The notes under the pieces: generated by a model
Databases searched by the model: none
What the model saw: only the letters and a program-made list of their open reading frames with translations
Told to the model about the DNA's origin: nothing
Assembly: GCA_041906785.1 (NCBI GenBank)
Contig: JAYRIM010000028.1
Location: forward strand, 35,934 to 99,933
DNA length: 64,000 bases
Direction of reading: 5' to 3'
DNA from: Candidatus Levyibacteriota bacterium
GTDB lineage: Bacteria; Patescibacteriota; Microgenomatia; Levybacterales; UBA12049
Shown here: positions 59,718-64,000 of the stretch, in pieces
How the letters are laid out: every line of letters starts with the position of its first letter
Position numbering within the stretch: the first letter of the stretch is position 1
Position numbers and translations under genes: made by a program

Positions 59718-60832
59718 AAAAAAAACTATTATTTTTTTATATTGTTTTTTTGTTAAGCATTCTCCTTTTTTCCTATCTTTTTATTGATTATAATTTACCA
59801 TATTTTTCTTTTTTCTATACAGGCTTCTATACTAACTTTAGACAAGTAACAACATTACTGTTTTGTCTATTTTTAGGTATTGGACAAATAGTTTATATAC
59901 ATTTTTTTCGTTACTTTAGTAGAGATAATTCTAAAAAAAAATACCTTCGTATAGCATTCTTCACGATAGTATTACTTGCTTTTAGTTATCCAGCGATAGT
60001 GTCATATGATATTTTTAATTATATAGCCACTGCGAAAATAACTTTCTTCTATCATGAGAATCCTTATATCGTTATGCCAAATGAATTTTTGGGAGATCCG
60101 ATGCTCCTTTTTATGCACGCACCAAATAAAACTGCATTATATGGACCCATTTGGATATTACTGACTGGAATACCATATGTGATAGGAAATAGCTATTTTA
60201 TTTTAACTTTGTTTCTTTTTAAATTTATTGTTATTTTATTTTTATTTCTTACTTTATTTGTTATCTACAAATTAACAGAAGATATATATCCTGTCTTACT
60301 TTTTACATTTAATCCTCTGGTTATTTTGGAGACAGTTATCAGCGGACATAATGACATTGTCATGATGAGCTTAGCGCTATCGGGTTTTTATTTATTAAAG
60401 AAAAACAAGGTAGCATTAGGACTTTTGATTTTACTATTATCAATATTAATAAAGTATGCAACATTAATACTCCTTCCGATTTATGTATTTTATGCATATA
60501 GAAAAATCACTAAAAAAGAAATTCATTGGCATATCGTTTTTTCTTACTGTTTTTCCGCTATGCTTTTCATGTTTTTTATCTCGACTTTTCGTGAGGAAAT
60601 ATATCCATGGTATGCTGTTTGGTTTTTTGTATTTACTGTTCTAACAAAAAATAAAATGATGTTATACTTCTCCTTCATTCTTTCTTTTAGTGTACTTTTT
60701 CGTCATGTACCTTATATGTATTGGGGTATGTATGACCAAAGAACAGCAATCGTCAAAACAATTATTACTTTTGTACCAGTGAGTACATATTGCTTTTATG
60801 CATTCTTTAAAAAATTTCAAACAAAAAAGTAA
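59714..60832 (+). CDS. Polytopic membrane protein, GT87/DUF2029-like putative GT-C glycosyltransferase (group E; paralog of 10850)
   Basis: Motifs VSYDIFNYIATAKITFFYHENPY ... NPLVILETVISGHNDIVMM parallel those of 10850..12037. The ATG at 59714 overlaps the previous stop (ATGA). An A9 tract sits at codons 2-4. Confidence 0.55.
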   Translation: MKKKLLFFYIVFLLSILLFSYLFIDYNLPYFSFFYTGFYTNFRQVTTLLFCLFLGIGQIVYIHFFRYFSRDNSKKKYLRIAFFTIVLLAFSYPAIVSYDIFNYIATAKITFFYHENPYIVMPNEFLGDPMLLFMHAPNKTALYGPIWILLTGIPYVIGNSYFILTLFLFKFIVILFLFLTLFVIYKLTEDIYPVLLFTFNPLVILETVISGHNDIVMMSLALSGFYLLKKNKVALGLLILLLSILIKYATLILLPIYVFYAYRKITKKEIHWHIVFSYCFSAMLFMFFISTFREEIYPWYAVWFFVFTVLTKNKMMLYFSFILSFSVLFRHVPYMYWGMYDQRTAIVKTIITFVPVSTYCFYAFFKKFQTKK

Positions 60833-62498
60833 ATATCCTCAAGCAATCATACTTTTTCTACAGAACAAGTATTTATTATTATCCTTATTGTTATCTTTTA
60901 TTGGTTTGTATCCACTTACTCATACTGGTTTACATCCGACACATGATGGAGAATACCATATAATACGATTCTATGAATTTTATAGATCTTTTTCAGAAGG
61001 TAATATCTATCCCCGCTGGGCTTCAGATTTAAATGCAGGATTTGGAGTACCTTTATTTAATTATGTTTATCCATTACCGAACTATATAGCAAGCGTCCTG
61101 CATGTATTAGGATTTAGTTTCATAGATGCTTTTAAACTTAACATGATGCTAGCAACTCTTATTGGATGTCTTTTTTTCTTTTATTTTACACGTTATTTTT
61201 TTGATGATCTTATTGCGCTAGTAGGAGCTGTTTTTTACTCTTTCGCTCCTTATCGCTTCGTAGATATTTATGTACGAGGATCGGTCGGAGAAGTTTGGGC
61301 ATTAGCATTTTTACCTGGAATTTTATTTTTTCTATTAAAATCTACACGTGACAACAGGAAATTCATTATTCCTGGAGGCATCATTTTTTCACTATTAATT
61401 TTTTCGCATAATATTCTGGCAATGCTCTCCAGTATTTTTATTGCCTGTTATGGAACAGTACTCATTCTAGAACAGAAGCAGAAGTTGAGGTCATGTATAA
61501 CTGTACTATTTTTCTTTTTAATTGGGTTAAGTATTTCTGCAATTTTTTGGCTTCCAGCATTAGGTGAAACATCATATGTGAAAGGGCTTGAAATTTACGA
61601 CGTGAGACAAAGTTTTGTAGAAGCTTATCAATTACTTTTTCCTTCATGGGGAACAGGATTTTCTTCGAAAGATAGCGGGAATGAGATGTCTCTGCAGATT
61701 GGATTTATTCACACAGTAATTACTGTTTTTTGTATTTTTTTATTCTTCTTAAAAAGAAGATCGGGAAAAGAACGGCTAACAATCATTTTTATGATTCTAA
61801 CTCTTAATTTTTCAATTTATATGATGCTCTCTACATCATCCTTTATTTGGGAGTCTGTTCCTCTGTTAGGTTTCGTCCAATTTCCATGGAGAATTCTAAG
61901 CATCGTTATTTTTACTACATCCTTTCTAGCGGCTTATTCTTTAACTTTTTTTTCTTCAAAACAAAAAACTATAGTATCTTATATATATATTTTATTATTG
62001 ATATTGACTACAATCTCCTATACAAAACCTGCGTATTATCATATGAGGGATGATGGGTATTACATACGTCGCCCAAACTTTATTCGAGGTACAAACAGCA
62101 TCGGAAATCTTTTCAATACGATTTGGATAGATGAAATTCCCAGAAATAAAAAAAAAGAGATTACATTTTCAGCTAAAGGTTTGGTGCTAAACAGCGTAGA
62201 AAAAACTCAACAAAAAACGTATACGGTTTACCTGGAACAGTCAGGTGATATTACTTTTCCTATTGCTTATTTTCCTGGGTGGAGTATATATGTCGACAGA
62301 ACACGATATCCAACTCAAATAACAACGGATGGTTTGGTAAAAACGCATATTCCAGCAGGCAAGCATAGTATTGAAGTCGTATTTCTTGATACAATTATTA
62401 GAAAGATAGCAAAAAGTTGGACATTAATCACAATTCTTTTTTTAACAATTATTACATTTAAGTTATTTGTTCTAAAAAAAAATGAACGTAGCAATTGA
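60798..62498 (+). CDS. GT-C-like membrane protein, PF10131 'PTPS-related' type (group B)
   Basis: 566 aa. Motif LHPTHDGEYHIIRF...GNIYPRWASDLNAGFGVPLFNYVYPLPNY. C-terminus YFPGWSIYVDRTRYPTQI...AGKHSIEVVF. Confidence 0.6.
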   Translation: MHSLKNFKQKSKYPQAIILFLQNKYLLLSLLLSFIGLYPLTHTGLHPTHDGEYHIIRFYEFYRSFSEGNIYPRWASDLNAGFGVPLFNYVYPLPNYIASVLHVLGFSFIDAFKLNMMLATLIGCLFFFYFTRYFFDDLIALVGAVFYSFAPYRFVDIYVRGSVGEVWALAFLPGILFFLLKSTRDNRKFIIPGGIIFSLLIFSHNILAMLSSIFIACYGTVLILEQKQKLRSCITVLFFFLIGLSISAIFWLPALGETSYVKGLEIYDVRQSFVEAYQLLFPSWGTGFSSKDSGNEMSLQIGFIHTVITVFCIFLFFLKRRSGKERLTIIFMILTLNFSIYMMLSTSSFIWESVPLLGFVQFPWRILSIVIFTTSFLAAYSLTFFSSKQKTIVSYIYILLLILTTISYTKPAYYHMRDDGYYIRRPNFIRGTNSIGNLFNTIWIDEIPRNKKKEITFSAKGLVLNSVEKTQQKTYTVYLEQSGDITFPIAYFPGWSIYVDRTRYPTQITTDGLVKTHIPAGKHSIEVVFLDTIIRKIAKSWTLITILFLTIITFKLFVLKKNERSN

Positions 62499-63531
62499 TA
62501 TTTCACCATTAGAAACAGGGCATAAAGTTAGAGGGACTGGATTCTATTTATTTCATTTGAAAGAAGCATTATTGAAGTATCACTCTGATATTTCATACGC
62601 GTTTTTCAACAAAGAAAATGAAATTAGTTTAGACACAGATATAGTACATTATCCATATTTTGAACCGTTCTTTAAAACATTGCCTCTTTTTAAAAGAAAA
62701 AAAACAATAGTAACTGTGCATGATTTAACTCCACTTGTTTTTCCCCAACACTTTCCTGCAGGAATAAAAGGTAAATTTAAATGGCTATATCAAAAAAAAA
62801 TGCTTCAGCAAGTAGACGCAGTTATTACTGATTCAGAGTCATCAAGAAAAGATATTATCCGTATTGCAGGTGTTTCAGAGAAAAAAATTAGTGCTATTTA
62901 TCTTGCTGCTGATGAAACATTTACATCCTTACCAAATAAGGAAGTTGCTACTATTCGAAAAAAGTATGATCTTCCTGAACAATTTATTCTCTATGTCGGA
63001 GATGCAACGTGGAATAAAAATCTACCGAGACTAATGCAAGCTGTAAAAAAAACATCACATCAACTTATTCTTGTAGGAAAAGTCTTCGAGCAGGAAAATA
63101 TTGACTTGCATAATGATTGGAATAAAGATCTACTACAAGCTAGGAAAATGCTTCATGAATGCACTAACATTAGAACATTGGGTTTTGTGTCGTCTATTGA
63201 TCTCCCAGGTATATATAATGCCGCAACAATGCTCGCTATGCCATCTTTATATGAAGGGTTTGGATTACCCATTTTGGAAGCGATGCAAAGTGGATGTCCG
63301 GTTTTAACTTCACGTGCTGGTTCACTTGCTGAAGTTGCAGAAGAAGCTGCCTTTTACATTGATCCCTTTTCTATTGAAAACATTGTAAGTGGCATTGAGC
63401 AAATAATGGAGAAAGAAACATTACGAAAACAACTCTCTGAGAAAGGATTAAACCAAGCAAAGAAATTTTCCTGGAAACGTACCGCAGGGCAAACAGTAGA
63501 TATATATAAACAGGTAATAGATAGTAAGTAA
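62482..63531 (+). CDS. GT4 (GT-B fold) glycosyltransferase
   Basis: 349 aa. C-terminal PSLYEGFGLPILEAMQSGCPVL (the E-X7-E region). The N-terminal domain is typical of GT4. Confidence 0.75.
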   Translation: MNVAIDISPLETGHKVRGTGFYLFHLKEALLKYHSDISYAFFNKENEISLDTDIVHYPYFEPFFKTLPLFKRKKTIVTVHDLTPLVFPQHFPAGIKGKFKWLYQKKMLQQVDAVITDSESSRKDIIRIAGVSEKKISAIYLAADETFTSLPNKEVATIRKKYDLPEQFILYVGDATWNKNLPRLMQAVKKTSHQLILVGKVFEQENIDLHNDWNKDLLQARKMLHECTNIRTLGFVSSIDLPGIYNAATMLAMPSLYEGFGLPILEAMQSGCPVLTSRAGSLAEVAEEAAFYIDPFSIENIVSGIEQIMEKETLRKQLSEKGLNQAKKFSWKRTAGQTVDIYKQVIDSK

Positions 63532-63575
63532 ATGTGTATATGATTATTAATCATTTCTTGTCGTGATATATTTAT

Positions 63576-63605
63576 TTGACATCAGATTATTACAAGCAAT
63601 ATAAT
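63576..63605 (+). promoter_or_regulatory. Candidate promoter: -35 TTGACA (63576-63581), 18-nt spacer, -10 TATAAT (63600-63605), 6 nt before the ATG at 63612
   Basis: Read directly from the sequence. The geometry implies a leaderless transcript for the downstream cupin gene. Confidence 0.45.
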
Positions 63606-63611
63606 CAACCT

Positions 63612-64000
63612 ATGGTTCAGCTGATAGGACTCAAGAATTTACATGAACACCCCATAATCGATGGAGTAATAACACGACCATTAAAAATTAATAGAGATGA
63701 AACAGGAATTCTTGTAGAAACAATGCGAAAGGACTGGCAAGATGTCTATGGTGAAGGAAGAGATTTCGCAATGCAATATTACTCTGTTACACAGTCTGGT
63801 ATCGCGAGAGACGAATCAGTATGGCATTACCATCCAGGAGGTCAAGAAGATCGTTTTCTCGTCGTTTCTGGGACTATTGTTACAGCAATCGCAGATCAAC
63901 GAAAAGAATCACCGACATTTGGTTTACTGAATCTTTTTGTTATGGATAGTGAAAAAAGTCCATATATAATTGTTATTCCCAAACGCACATTACATGGTTT
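63612..64000 (+). CDS. RmlC-like cupin (dTDP-sugar 3,5-epimerase / ketoisomerase family), 3'-truncated by the window edge
   Basis: The frame stays open to the end of the window. N-terminal HPIIDGVITRPLKINRDETGILVETMRKDW resembles the RmlC I.GV...PKVFGDERGFF.E.FR..W region. WHYHPGGQEDRFLVVSG is cupin-like. Confidence 0.5.
   Translation, partial: MVQLIGLKNLHEHPIIDGVITRPLKINRDETGILVETMRKDWQDVYGEGRDFAMQYYSVTQSGIARDESVWHYHPGGQEDRFLVVSGTIVTAIADQRKESPTFGLLNLFVMDSEKSPYIIVIPKRTLHG

Noticed and set aside
1-64000. CRISPR arrays, integrases, transposases and prophage genes
   Set aside because: I scanned for regularly spaced direct repeats and for recombinase, transposase or phage structural motifs in all long ORFs and found none. 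The only repeats are the short intergenic motif copies and small in-gene simple-sequence repeats.

Overview
This window is AT-rich (roughly one-third GC by eye) and densely coding. It looks bacterial, with Candidate-Phyla-Radiation/Patescibacteria-like features, though that assignment is inference, not a search result. Compositional cues are many 4-bp ATGA start/stop overlaps, weak or absent Shine-Dalgarno sequences, and TATAAT boxes 6-8 nt upstream of start codons. The first ~10 kb holds assorted small genes. These are a glycine/arginine-rich RRM RNA-binding protein, a MazG-like NTP pyrophosphohydrolase and a FabH-like condensing enzyme. There is also a DUF218/YdcF protein, a calcineurin-like metallophosphoesterase, tRNA-Glu(CUC), an RBBP9/YdeN-type serine hydrolase and a NUDIX hydrolase. 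A two-gene operon of unknown function (540-2443, minus strand) sits next to the MazG-like gene. From ~10.05 kb to the window end (>53 kb) there is one nearly continuous glycosylation super-locus. It holds about 24 polytopic GT-C-fold membrane glycosyltransferase-like genes in at least five paralogous groups. These are nine PMT/ArnT-like GT39-type (one degenerate, the others with the D-E motif), five PF10131 'PTPS-related'-type and four YfhO-type. There are also three of an uncharacterised group with an F-x-x-D-Q N-terminal motif and three GT87/DUF2029-like. Interleaved are four Dpm1-like polyprenyl-phosphate sugar synthases (GT2), five other GT2 enzymes, two GT4 enzymes, a Wzx/MurJ-type flippase, GalE and a partial RmlC-like cupin. 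Genes are tightly coupled, with many overlapping start/stop codons. They are arranged in long co-directional runs broken by two inverted blocks with overlapping convergent 3' ends. No CRISPR arrays, integrases, transposases or rRNA genes were seen.
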